A stretch of 64,000 nt of DNA from assembly GCA_002069725.1 (NCBI GenBank), contig MWBW01000004.1, forward strand, positions 21,636 to 85,635, in the 5' to 3' direction. The notes below the pieces were generated by a model that ran no database searches, was not told the origin of the DNA, and worked only from the letters and a program-made list of their open reading frames with translations. The translations under genes were made by a program, and so were the position numbers. This DNA is from Firmicutes bacterium ADurb.Bin248 (GTDB taxonomy: Bacteria > Bacillota > Clostridia > Christensenellales > CAG-138). Shown here in pieces: positions 9,103-17,400 of the stretch (position 1 is its first letter; each line of letters opens with the position of its first letter).

Positions 9103-9854
9103 TCCAGTCTTTGGAGCGCGGCGTCGCGGCGCTGGTGTTCCTCTCAAAGCGCGTCGCCGCGGGCGTGACCGAGGTCGCCGAGGAGCTCGGCGTCAACAAG
9201 AGCACGGCGTTTCGCATACTCGAAACGCTCGAAAGCGCGAACATGGTCTCCCAGGACAGGGACACCGCCAAATACCGGCTCGGCCCCGGCATACTGCGCC
9301 TTTCCGACCGGTTCGCGCGCAACCTCGACATACTCGCCGCCGCGCGGCCGATTATGGCCAGGCTCGTTGAGACGACCGGCGAATCCGCGCACCTGTGCAT
9401 GCTCAGCTCCGACGCGGCCGTGGTCATCGAGCAGGTGATGACCGATTCCCGCCTCGCCGTGCACGCGAAAATAGGCAACGCGGAACCCGCGCACGGTTCG
9501 TCCGTGGGCAAGTGCCTGCTCGCCTACTGCCCTGCCGAGCAGAGGGAGGCGATACTCGGCCGCCTTGGCTTCGAGCCTTACACGAAAAAGACCATCGCAG
9601 ACGCAAAAACGCTCAGAAAAGAACTCGAAGTCATCGCCGCGCGCGGCTATGCGCTCGACGACGGGGAGATCAGCGAGGACGTCGTCTGCATCGCAGCGCC
9701 CATATTCAACAGCGCGGGCGCGGCGCCTTACAGCCTCGCCATCTCCGGTCCGCGCAGCCGCATTTCCGGCGAGAAGCGCGTCGAGCGGCTCGCGCGCTTC
9801 GTGATGGGCGCCGCAAAAAAGCTCTCCGAGCAGCTCGGCTATTTCAAGGATTAG
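9099..9854 (+). CDS. IclR-family transcriptional regulator, 251 aa
   Basis: IQSLERGVAAL...VTEVAEELGVNKSTAFRILETL HTH plus an IclR effector domain. ATGA overlap with the RpiB-like gene. Confidence 0.85.
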   Translation: MIQSLERGVAALVFLSKRVAAGVTEVAEELGVNKSTAFRILETLESANMVSQDRDTAKYRLGPGILRLSDRFARNLDILAAARPIMARLVETTGESAHLCMLSSDAAVVIEQVMTDSRLAVHAKIGNAEPAHGSSVGKCLLAYCPAEQREAILGRLGFEPYTKKTIADAKTLRKELEVIAARGYALDDGEISEDVVCIAAPIFNSAGAAPYSLAISGPRSRISGEKRVERLARFVMGAAKKLSEQLGYFKD

Positions 9855-9870
9855 CCGCGAGGCGGCTTTT
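9853..9870 (+). terminator. weak stem-loop after the IclR gene
   Basis: AGCCGC-GAG-GCGGCT followed by TTT. Short stem, so possibly only partial termination. Confidence 0.3.
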
Positions 9871-9909
9871 GCAGCGAAAAAACAGAGCATACGAAAGGAG
9901 GAACGCACT

Positions 9910-11403
9910 GTGTTGAAAAAACGGCTCGGGTACGCGTGCGGCGATATCTACGGCGGAGGGTCCTTCCTGATATTCAGCATGCTGTTCATGAACTTCCTTG
10001 TGCTCGTCGAGGGGATGCCCGTCGTGCTCGCATCCGCGGTGATCTTCGCGGGCAGGCTCTGGGACGCGGTCACCGATCCCATCATGGGCAATCTGACCGA
10101 CAGGACGCGCTCGCGCTTCGGCAGGCGGCGCGTCTACTTCCTCGCGGGCATACCGCTGGTGTTCGCCTCGTTCGTGATGCTGTGGTACTCGTTCGGTATG
10201 CAGAGCGTGATGCTCAAGGTGTTCTATTATATCTTCGCCTACATGTTCCTCGACGCGGCGTTCACGGTCGTGATGGTGCCCTACAACGCAATTTTGCCCG
10301 ACATTACCTGCGACTACAACGAGCGCACGCGCTTCACTGCCACGCGCATGGCCTTCTCCGCGGGCACGGCGATACTCGCGGCGGTCGTGCCGAGCATACT
10401 GATCAAGTCCATCGGCGGCGAGGTCAACGGTCCCGCGCAAAAATCCGGCTACCTCGCGATGGGCCTCGTATTCGGCGCGATCTTCGCGCTCGGGTGGCTG
10501 TTCACTTTCCTGGGCACGAAGGAGCGCGAGGATCTGCCCGAGCCGGAGCCCTTTTCGATCAGGGAATGGTTCTCCGTGTTCCGCAACAAAACCTACCGCA
10601 TTTTTCTTGGCATATTCATCTTCGTGCAGGTCGCAATCGATCTGCTGCTCGCGATTTTCATATTTTATATTGACATTGTCGTTCTGCAGTATAAGAATTA
10701 TGAGGTAGTCATGGGCGTACTGCTCGTGTGCCAGCTGCTGTTCATGTTCATGCACAACAAAATCGCGCAGAAGAAAGGCAAGCACTACCCGCTCTTTGTC
10801 GGTATACCCGTATGGATCGCGGCCTCCGCAGGCTTTGCGTTCGTGTCGAGCACGACGCCGCTGTGGGTCATACTCGCGCTCGCGGTGCTCATCGCGGCGG
10901 GCGCGGCGGCGGGCAACCTCTCGACCTGGGCGATGCTCTCGGACACCTGCGAAGTGGACGAGCTCATCACGGGCAAGCGGCGCGAGGGCATTTACAGCGG
11001 CTTCACAACGTTTGCGCGCAAATGCGCCTCGGGCGCCGCGGTGCTGGTCATGGGCTTCGGGCTGCAGCTCGCGGGCTTCGACCAGCTCGCCTACAACCAG
11101 GCGCGCGCGAACCCGGGCTTCGATCCCGCGGCCTACGCCGAATCGAGCGCGGGCAGCACGATCAAATGGATGTTCGTCGTGATCCCCATCGTGTTCCTGC
11201 TCGCGGCGCTCGCCTTCGCGCTGCGCTACAAGCTCGACAACAAGCGCTTCGAGCGCGTGATCGGCGGCATCGAAAAACTCAAGGCCGGGCAGCCTTCGGC
11301 GGCGTTCTCCGCCGAGGAACTTGCGGACTTCGAGCTGCTCACAGGCAGGAAGGCCGGGGAGCTCTGGCCGGTCAACGGAAATCCGCCCGCGGGCGCGGGC
11401 TGA
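9910..11403 (+). CDS. GPH-family (glycoside-pentoside-hexuronide) / MFS cation symporter, 497 aa
   Basis: GTG start after AGGAGG. GYACGDIYGGGSF and DAVTDPIMGNLTDRTRSRFGRRR GPH signature. Multiple TM segments. Confidence 0.85.
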   Translation: MLKKRLGYACGDIYGGGSFLIFSMLFMNFLVLVEGMPVVLASAVIFAGRLWDAVTDPIMGNLTDRTRSRFGRRRVYFLAGIPLVFASFVMLWYSFGMQSVMLKVFYYIFAYMFLDAAFTVVMVPYNAILPDITCDYNERTRFTATRMAFSAGTAILAAVVPSILIKSIGGEVNGPAQKSGYLAMGLVFGAIFALGWLFTFLGTKEREDLPEPEPFSIREWFSVFRNKTYRIFLGIFIFVQVAIDLLLAIFIFYIDIVVLQYKNYEVVMGVLLVCQLLFMFMHNKIAQKKGKHYPLFVGIPVWIAASAGFAFVSSTTPLWVILALAVLIAAGAAAGNLSTWAMLSDTCEVDELITGKRREGIYSGFTTFARKCASGAAVLVMGFGLQLAGFDQLAYNQARANPGFDPAAYAESSAGSTIKWMFVVIPIVFLLAALAFALRYKLDNKRFERVIGGIEKLKAGQPSAAFSAEELADFELLTGRKAGELWPVNGNPPAGAG

Positions 11404-11436
11404 AGCAGCACATCAAAAAAATACAGGAGCGGTGAA

Positions 11437-12960
11437 ATGAGCGAAATCAGGAAGTTGAAGTTTTTCTCCGGCGGGAAGTGGCTCGAGACCGAAAGCGGCG
11501 CATACATGGACGTTTACGATCCGAGCACGGGCGAGGTGCAGGCGCGGGCGCCGCGCTGCACGCGCGCCGAGGTCGAGGGCGCGATCAGGGCCGCGAAGGA
11601 AGCGTTCCTCCCGTGGGCGCAGACGCCCGTCATGAAACGCGTGCAGGTGCTGTACCGTTTCCGCGACCTCGTCGTGGCGCACATGGACGAACTGACGGAG
11701 CTTTGCGCGCGCGAGCACGGCAAGGTGTGGGGCGAGGCGCAGGGCGACATACTCAAGGTCAAGGAGCCTGTGGAGCTCGCCTGCGGCGTCCCGTCCCTTC
11801 TCATGGGAGAAAGCCTGATGAACACCTCCGCGGGCTACGACACCGTGCTCTACCGCGAGCCCGTGGGCGTATATGCGGGCATCGTCCCGTTCAACTTCCC
11901 CGGCATGATCCCGATGGGCTGGATGGCGCCCCTGTGCGTCGCCTGCGGCAACACGCTCGTCATCAAGGCCGCCTCCATGACGCCCATGACCGCCATGCGC
12001 CTTTGCGAGCTTTGGCAGGAAGCCGGGCTTCCGGACGGCGTGCTCAACCTCGTGACCTGCTCGCGCAACGAGGCGGAGCTTTTCCTCACGCACCCGGACG
12101 TCGCGGGCGTGAGCTTCGTGGGCTCGACCTCGGTGGGGCTGCACGTCTACTCGACCGCCGCCGCCCACGGCAAGCGCGTGCAGGCGCTCTGCGAGGCGAA
12201 GAACCACGGCCTCGTGCTCGAGGACGCCGCACTCTCGCGCACGGCCGCGGGCATCATCAACTCCGCGTTCGGCTGCGCGGGCGAGCGCTGCATGGCGCTG
12301 CCCGTCGTGGCGGTGCAGGAATCCGTGGCGGACGAGCTGATACAGCTTCTCGTCGAATACGCGAAAAACCTCAAGATCGGCCCCGCCTACGACAAAACCT
12401 CCGAGCTCGGGCCGCTCGTGACGGCGGAGCATCGCGCCTCGGTCGTGCGCTGGATCGACAAGGGCGTCGCCGAGGGGGCGAAACTCGTGCTCGACGGGCG
12501 GAACGCCGTCGTGCCCGGCTACGAAAACGGCTTCTATCTCGGGCCGACGATATTCGACCATGTGACGGAGGATATGTCCGTCGGCCGCGACGAGATTTTC
12601 GGGCCGGTGCTGTGCGTCAAGCGCGTGAAGGACTTCGGGGAAGGACTCGAAGTCATGAACGCGAACCCGTTCGCCAACGGCTCGGTCGTCTATACGCAGA
12701 GCGGGCATTACGCGCGGGAGTTCGCGCTTCGCACGCACGGCGGCATGGTGGGCGTGAACGTGGGCATCCCGGTGCCGGTGGGCATATTCCCGTTTTCCGG
12801 GCACAAAAACTCATTCTTCGGCGACCTGCACGCGCTGGGCAAGGACGGGGTTCGCTTCTACACCGAAACCAAGTGCGTCACGACGACCTGGTTCGACGAA
12901 CAGGAGCGCAGGAAAACGCGGGTCGATACGTGGGACGGCTCGATCGGCGGGAGCACGTAA
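11437..12960 (+). CDS. mmsA: CoA-acylating methylmalonate/malonate-semialdehyde dehydrogenase (MmsA/IolA type), 507 aa
   Basis: ALDH fold with FNFPGMIPMGW, VGSTSVG and catalytic Cys in FGCAGERCMALP, characteristic of the MmsA clade. Confidence 0.88.
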   Translation: MSEIRKLKFFSGGKWLETESGAYMDVYDPSTGEVQARAPRCTRAEVEGAIRAAKEAFLPWAQTPVMKRVQVLYRFRDLVVAHMDELTELCAREHGKVWGEAQGDILKVKEPVELACGVPSLLMGESLMNTSAGYDTVLYREPVGVYAGIVPFNFPGMIPMGWMAPLCVACGNTLVIKAASMTPMTAMRLCELWQEAGLPDGVLNLVTCSRNEAELFLTHPDVAGVSFVGSTSVGLHVYSTAAAHGKRVQALCEAKNHGLVLEDAALSRTAAGIINSAFGCAGERCMALPVVAVQESVADELIQLLVEYAKNLKIGPAYDKTSELGPLVTAEHRASVVRWIDKGVAEGAKLVLDGRNAVVPGYENGFYLGPTIFDHVTEDMSVGRDEIFGPVLCVKRVKDFGEGLEVMNANPFANGSVVYTQSGHYAREFALRTHGGMVGVNVGIPVPVGIFPFSGHKNSFFGDLHALGKDGVRFYTETKCVTTTWFDEQERRKTRVDTWDGSIGGST

Positions 12961-12998
12961 AAGGGACGCAGATTATATCAACGATAAATGACTTCCGG

Positions 12999-13043
12999 CA
13001 AGGGCGTGCTATTGCAGAGTGTTGCGGCGCGCCCTTGTTTTTG
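12999..13043 (+). terminator. rho-independent terminator ending the 3696-12960 operon
   Basis: CAAGGGCG ... CGCCCTTG stem followed by TTTTT. Confidence 0.6.
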
Positions 13044-13100
13044 GTATGCTCGAAAGGGGCGGAACGGGAATTTGACACGCATACAGGACGAGGTATCCCA

Positions 13101-14057
13101 ATGTACGAAAGTATGAAGCAAATGCTTGACGGCGAATATGGCATACGGGCACTATCTTTGCAGGAAATTCCTTCGGGCTGGTCCGCGTCCGCCTGGAAAG
13201 TGCATTCCGGCTGCGGCGACTATTTCCTAAAGGTGTATGACAAGCGCAAACCCTCCGCAAAAAGCTGGATTGCGCGAATCGACAGCTATATGCCGGTTGT
13301 CCTTTGGCTGCATGGGAACACGGAGCTTCGCAGTAAAATGACCGCGCCGATTCTCGCCGGGAACGGATCCTATAAAATCGAAGATGAAGCTTATTTATAC
13401 ATGGTATTTCCCTTTATCGACGGGCAAACCATATGCGATGAAAAACTGAGGCCGGAGCAGACGCGTACACTTGCGCGGATTGTTTCGGAATTGCATTCCT
13501 ATGGCGCCGAGATACCGGTGCCCATAAACAGCTTGAAGGAAACTTTCGACGTTTCGTTTTGCATGACTTTGATCGACAGGCTTGGGAATATGCATGATCC
13601 CTCCCTTTTGAATGACGCGCTGGCGCCCCATATGGACGCGCTTGCCCGCACGGCCGCATCCCTTCAGGAAACGGCGGCGCTGCTGCGCAATTCCAAAGTA
13701 CGGTATGTCTTGTGCCACACGGACATTCACGGCTGGAATCTTATGCAGGCGGAAAGCCTTGTCCTGATCGATTGGGAGGGTTTGAAGCTTGCGCCGGCGG
13801 AGGCCGACCTCTTTTCGTTTACCGGAACGTTCTTTTTTGAATACGCATGGGAAGATTTCATTTCCGTTTACCGTGCGGCGCGCAAGGGCTATCGGGTCAA
13901 CGCCGACGCGATGCGGTTTTACAGATTGCGGCGCAGGCTGGAGGATATTGACGCGTTCGTCGAGAGCATCCTGTTTGACAATCTCGCGCAGGACGAACTG
14001 AATCGATCGCTTTATTACCTGCGGCGGGAATGCGAATTGCTGAATGCCACGCGCTGA
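13101..14057 (+). CDS. aminoglycoside/antibiotic phosphotransferase-family (APH-like) kinase, 318 aa
   Basis: Only the 3' third of track ORF 11478..14057 is real. ATG at 13101 after AGGACGAGG. Catalytic loop CHTDIHGWNLM and LIDWEG motif. Codon usage is markedly more A/T-rich than neighbours. Confidence 0.8.
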   Translation: MYESMKQMLDGEYGIRALSLQEIPSGWSASAWKVHSGCGDYFLKVYDKRKPSAKSWIARIDSYMPVVLWLHGNTELRSKMTAPILAGNGSYKIEDEAYLYMVFPFIDGQTICDEKLRPEQTRTLARIVSELHSYGAEIPVPINSLKETFDVSFCMTLIDRLGNMHDPSLLNDALAPHMDALARTAASLQETAALLRNSKVRYVLCHTDIHGWNLMQAESLVLIDWEGLKLAPAEADLFSFTGTFFFEYAWEDFISVYRAARKGYRVNADAMRFYRLRRRLEDIDAFVESILFDNLAQDELNRSLYYLRRECELLNATR

Positions 14058-14170
14058 CGGGAACGGCCCGCTTTATCAAATTCGTTTAGTCCGGAACGGG
14101 GAACGGAAATTTTCGGACCGTTTTGAAGCTGAGCATTGCTTATACAGTCTGAATTATGGGGAGAGATCTT

Positions 14171-14659
14171 ATGGGCGAATTCATAGTAGCCGTAAAATCA
14201 TTGATTGTGTACAATAAAAAAGTGCTGCTCCTGCAAAAGTCGGGCGGCGAATGGATGCACAATGAGAATAAATGGGAGTTCGCCGGCGGCTGCCTGGAAT
14301 TCGGCGAAAGCCTGTCGCAGGGGCTTGCGCGGGAGGTTTTTGAAGAAACCGGATTGACCGTTCGCACGGACAGATTGTTATGCGCGTCGACCCATGTGCC
14401 TGCGTCCCCGGCCCATCAAAAGCAATTTGTTTTTCTTTACTATCTGAGTCGCGCGGATACCGATGAAGTAAAGCTTTCCGGGGAGCATAAGAATTTTTTA
14501 TGGGCCTGCCGCGAGCAAATGATCGACCTGTTGGATAAACCTGTATGGGACGACCTCGTTTCCAATGCGATACCGGATACGTTGGACATCGAATCGCGCG
14601 TGGCGTCAGCGAATGGGCACGGCCTGCGCGGCAAACCGCTCAGGCATGCGGGGAAATGA
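14171..14659 (+). CDS. NUDIX hydrolase, 162 aa
   Basis: Nudix box GGCLEFGESLSQGLAREVFEETGL. ATG at 14171 has the GGGGAGAG RBS, whereas the ATG at 14156 has none. Confidence 0.85.
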   Translation: MGEFIVAVKSLIVYNKKVLLLQKSGGEWMHNENKWEFAGGCLEFGESLSQGLAREVFEETGLTVRTDRLLCASTHVPASPAHQKQFVFLYYLSRADTDEVKLSGEHKNFLWACREQMIDLLDKPVWDDLVSNAIPDTLDIESRVASANGHGLRGKPLRHAGK

Positions 14660-15051
14660 GCGAGGTTATGGATACGTTCACGAAAAATGAGTTAAACGAG
14701 GCCCTTCGCGCGATATCTTCAACGCTGAACAAGAGCGAGAAAGCAAGGCTGAAATTGAAAGCGGGGACGTTTCAGCACGCGATGACGACGCAGGGGATCG
14801 AGGCTTACGCCATCGCGACGGAACTGATAAAAAGAGAATCCGAAACGATTACAGCGGGTAGCTTATTTGAACAAAAATATGCGAAAGAAGATTTGGAAAA
14901 GGCTCTTCAGGCTCTGGCCTCGGCAACCGGCAGGGTTGAGAAAGCGCTGCCCAAATTTGCCCCGGGCACTTCCCAGCACACTTTGGCCGTGCGCAGGATC
15001 AAGGCGTTCCATACCGCTGCGGAATTGATAAAAAGGGAATTGGGCTCATAA
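14656..15051 (+). CDS. hypothetical helical protein with an internal ~50-aa duplication, 131 aa
   Basis: ATGA overlap with the NUDIX stop. Two repeats: ...LNKSEKARLKLKAGTFQHAMTTQGIEAYAIATELIKRE and ...VEKALPKFAPGTSQHTLAVRRIKAFHTAAELIKRE. Confidence 0.6.
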   Translation: MSEVMDTFTKNELNEALRAISSTLNKSEKARLKLKAGTFQHAMTTQGIEAYAIATELIKRESETITAGSLFEQKYAKEDLEKALQALASATGRVEKALPKFAPGTSQHTLAVRRIKAFHTAAELIKRELGS

Positions 15052-15090
15052 GAAGGGTTCACGGAAATTGGCGCAACAGGCGGTGATGAA

Positions 15091-15576
15091 ATGGAATCGT
15101 TACAATATCAGGGTTGGAGTTTTGAATTCGACAAGGCGGCGACACGGGGTTATTATGCCTCGCACCGCGACGAATGCACTTGCGCTTCATGCCGAAATTT
15201 TCATAAGACCATTGAAGAAATGCCGCCGGATGTGAAAAGGTTCCTTGAAGGGTTTGGAATCGACATCGATCATCCTATTGAACAGATGTCGGTGATCGCG
15301 CTTAAAAAAGAAAATTTAGTCGAACAGCAGGTTCAATACTGCGTGAAAGGGACCGCAATTTCAGAGGAAGGGCACGAAATCGGTATCGGGCCTGTTCAAA
15401 TTGCTCCGCTAAACAAAAACGCAATGGCAAATCATGAAATGGAGGAACCGTATTTCGGTTTTGCGTTATATAACATGTATTTTCATTGGACGGTGGAGGA
15501 CGATATCGACGAAGTCTACCCTGAGCAGCGAAGTCTGATGCAAAAAATCAAAGCGTTCCTGTCTCGGGCAAAATGA
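15091..15576 (+). CDS. hypothetical protein, 161 aa
   Basis: ORF with natural composition and a C..C motif (ECTCASCRNF). Same A/T-richer codon usage as the three genes upstream. No family recognised. Confidence 0.55.
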   Translation: MESLQYQGWSFEFDKAATRGYYASHRDECTCASCRNFHKTIEEMPPDVKRFLEGFGIDIDHPIEQMSVIALKKENLVEQQVQYCVKGTAISEEGHEIGIGPVQIAPLNKNAMANHEMEEPYFGFALYNMYFHWTVEDDIDEVYPEQRSLMQKIKAFLSRAK

Positions 15577-15708
15577 GCATAGTATGACAGCCCCGGCGGG
15601 ATCGGCGCCTCGGGCAGCGGCGCGTCCAAGCCCGCGAGAGGGCCGATGAAGATTTTCCGCAAGCGCGGCGAGGAGAACGGGATGCCGCATACTCCCTTAT
15701 TCAATCCG

Positions 15709-16314
15709 TTACCGGGCGTTGCTTTGAAACAGCGCGATCTCCTCCGCCCCGAACTGATCCCCGCAGCGCTTCACTTCGCCGAGCACGCGCGCGACGCCGT
15801 ATTCCGTGAGGAACCAGTTGTCCCTGGAGATGCCGAAACAATCGACCGGGACGGTCAGGAATTCCGCCTCCGGGAACGCCAGTTGGTAGTACATCAGGCA
15901 GCGCCGCGCGTGGAAGGACTTGCACACGAGCAGCGCGCGCCCGATATTCAGGCCGCGCTCGTCCGCGATGCGGCGCGCGAATATGGCGTTCTGCCTGGTG
16001 TAGCCCGACTGATCCTCGCCGAGTATCGCGCCCGCGTCCACGCCGTTTTTCACGAGCACGTCGCGGTAGAAATCGCACTCGGTCGCGTACGCGCCGGAAT
16101 AGACTTCCCGCTTCGACTTGGGCCCGGGAAAAACGCCCAGCTTGACGCTCACGCCGCCGCCGATGAAGATATGCGGCGCGAAGCCCGTTTTCCAAAGCTC
16201 GGCGGCCTTTTCCGGCAGTTCCGGATGCGAGCCGCCCGCGACCATTACGGCGTCCGAGGGCGCGGGCTCGTCGCGGGCGAATATAAAGTCTGTGATGGGT
16301 TGGAGTATGGTCAT
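15709..16314 (-). CDS. YdcF/DUF218-family protein, 201 aa
   Basis: ATG at 16314 (MTILQPITDF...). DAVMVAGGS...IFIGGG and LLVCKSFHARR motifs are typical of DUF218. Confidence 0.7.
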   Translation of the reverse strand: MTILQPITDFIFARDEPAPSDAVMVAGGSHPELPEKAAELWKTGFAPHIFIGGGVSVKLGVFPGPKSKREVYSGAYATECDFYRDVLVKNGVDAGAILGEDQSGYTRQNAIFARRIADERGLNIGRALLVCKSFHARRCLMYYQLAFPEAEFLTVPVDCFGISRDNWFLTEYGVARVLGEVKRCGDQFGAEEIALFQSNAR

Positions 16315-16339
16315 GGGTTCATACCGGCGGCGCGCGCCG

Positions 16340-17224
16340 TCACTCGCCAAAGTGCTTCGTCGACGCTTCCTGATACGCCTGCGAGTTGAGGTAATCGTGA
16401 ACATCCTCGGGATAGCCCGGCAGGCGCGTCATGGTGCCCTCGACCGTGAAGGCGTTGCCGTTCGAATCCGTGAAGTAGAAGATCACCTTGCGCGCGCCGT
16501 CCACCTCGGTGGAATCCGCCTGCATGTTCACGACATAGTTGATGTCGATCACCTGATCCGCGGGGAAGTCGGAATAATCGAGCTTCTCGCCCTGCGCGCC
16601 GCTGGCGTGCGCCTCGAGGAATACATTCTTGGCGACGGCCACGAAGCTGCCCCGCGCGACGGGCATATCCTGCGAGAGCGGCCGGGGATTGCCGTCCGCG
16701 TCGGGTATGGTGTAATCCATCCAGGCCTTGTCGTCCGTGATGTTGAGATAGATGCCGAAGTTGTCGCTGAGCGCCTCCCCGCCCCCCTCGAAGGCCATGT
16801 CGATGGGCGTATCCCCGAGCATTTCCTTGATGAAGTCGGCTACGTCAAGCGTGACGTTCATCCAGAAATAGCCCTCGTACGCACCGGTCGAGACGCGGTT
16901 GTCGTTGGCGTCGATCTTATGCAGGTAAAGCTCGCACTCATAGTTCGCGTAATAGCCCTCCGCGAGTTCCTGCTGCCACGTGCTCTGCGCCTGTATGACG
17001 TAGATGCTCGGGTCGAGCAGCTTGCTCTCGTCCTCGGCGGGCGCGGTCGGCGCGGGCGTCGCGGGCGTGGGCGTCGCGGCGGGCTCGCTCGAGCCGCCGG
17101 GAAGTATCGCGGCGTCCGGCGTCTCGGTCGCGGCGGGCGTGACTTGGGCGGGCTTCGCGGCTTCTCCGCACGCCGAAAGCAGCAGTAGCAGGGACAGCAA
17201 CAGCGCGAATATGCTCTTTTTCAT
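16340..17224 (-). CDS. lipoprotein of unknown function, 294 aa
   Basis: ATG at 17224 (MKKSIFALLLSLLLLLSAC) gives a signal peptide plus lipobox, then a Pro/Thr/Ala-rich linker. RBS GGGGGA. Confidence 0.75.
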   Translation of the reverse strand: MKKSIFALLLSLLLLLSACGEAAKPAQVTPAATETPDAAILPGGSSEPAATPTPATPAPTAPAEDESKLLDPSIYVIQAQSTWQQELAEGYYANYECELYLHKIDANDNRVSTGAYEGYFWMNVTLDVADFIKEMLGDTPIDMAFEGGGEALSDNFGIYLNITDDKAWMDYTIPDADGNPRPLSQDMPVARGSFVAVAKNVFLEAHASGAQGEKLDYSDFPADQVIDINYVVNMQADSTEVDGARKVIFYFTDSNGNAFTVEGTMTRLPGYPEDVHDYLNSQAYQEASTKHFGE

Positions 17225-17264
17225 AATGGATTCCCCCATATTCCGAATCGTTTCGATCAGGATT

Positions 17265-17293
17265 ATATTACCATGAATCCTCCGGGACGACAA
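17265..17293 (-). promoter_or_regulatory. putative promoter of the lipoprotein/DUF218 operon
   Basis: On the minus strand: TTGTCG, 17 nt, TAATAT (overlapping TATAAT). Confidence 0.4.
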
Positions 17294-17322
17294 TGGGGCG
17301 CGCGATCGACGGACATCCGAAT

Positions 17323-17363
17323 CCAAAAAGGAAACCGCGCCCTGCTCGAACATGAGGGCGCGG
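17323..17363 (-). terminator. rho-independent terminator after argH
   Basis: On the minus strand: CCGCGCCCT-11 nt-AGGGCGCGG followed by TTTCCTTTTTGG. Confidence 0.65.
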
Positions 17364-17400
17364 CCGTATTTTTTCGGGAAGCCGCCGAAGCGGCCGGCGG

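Noticed and set aside
11478-14057. 859-aa ORF spanning mmsA and the kinase gene
   Set aside because: The first two-thirds is an alternative frame of mmsA with Arg/Gly-rich nonsense. A terminator and promoter-like signals lie at 12999-13050. Only 13101-14057 is a credible gene.
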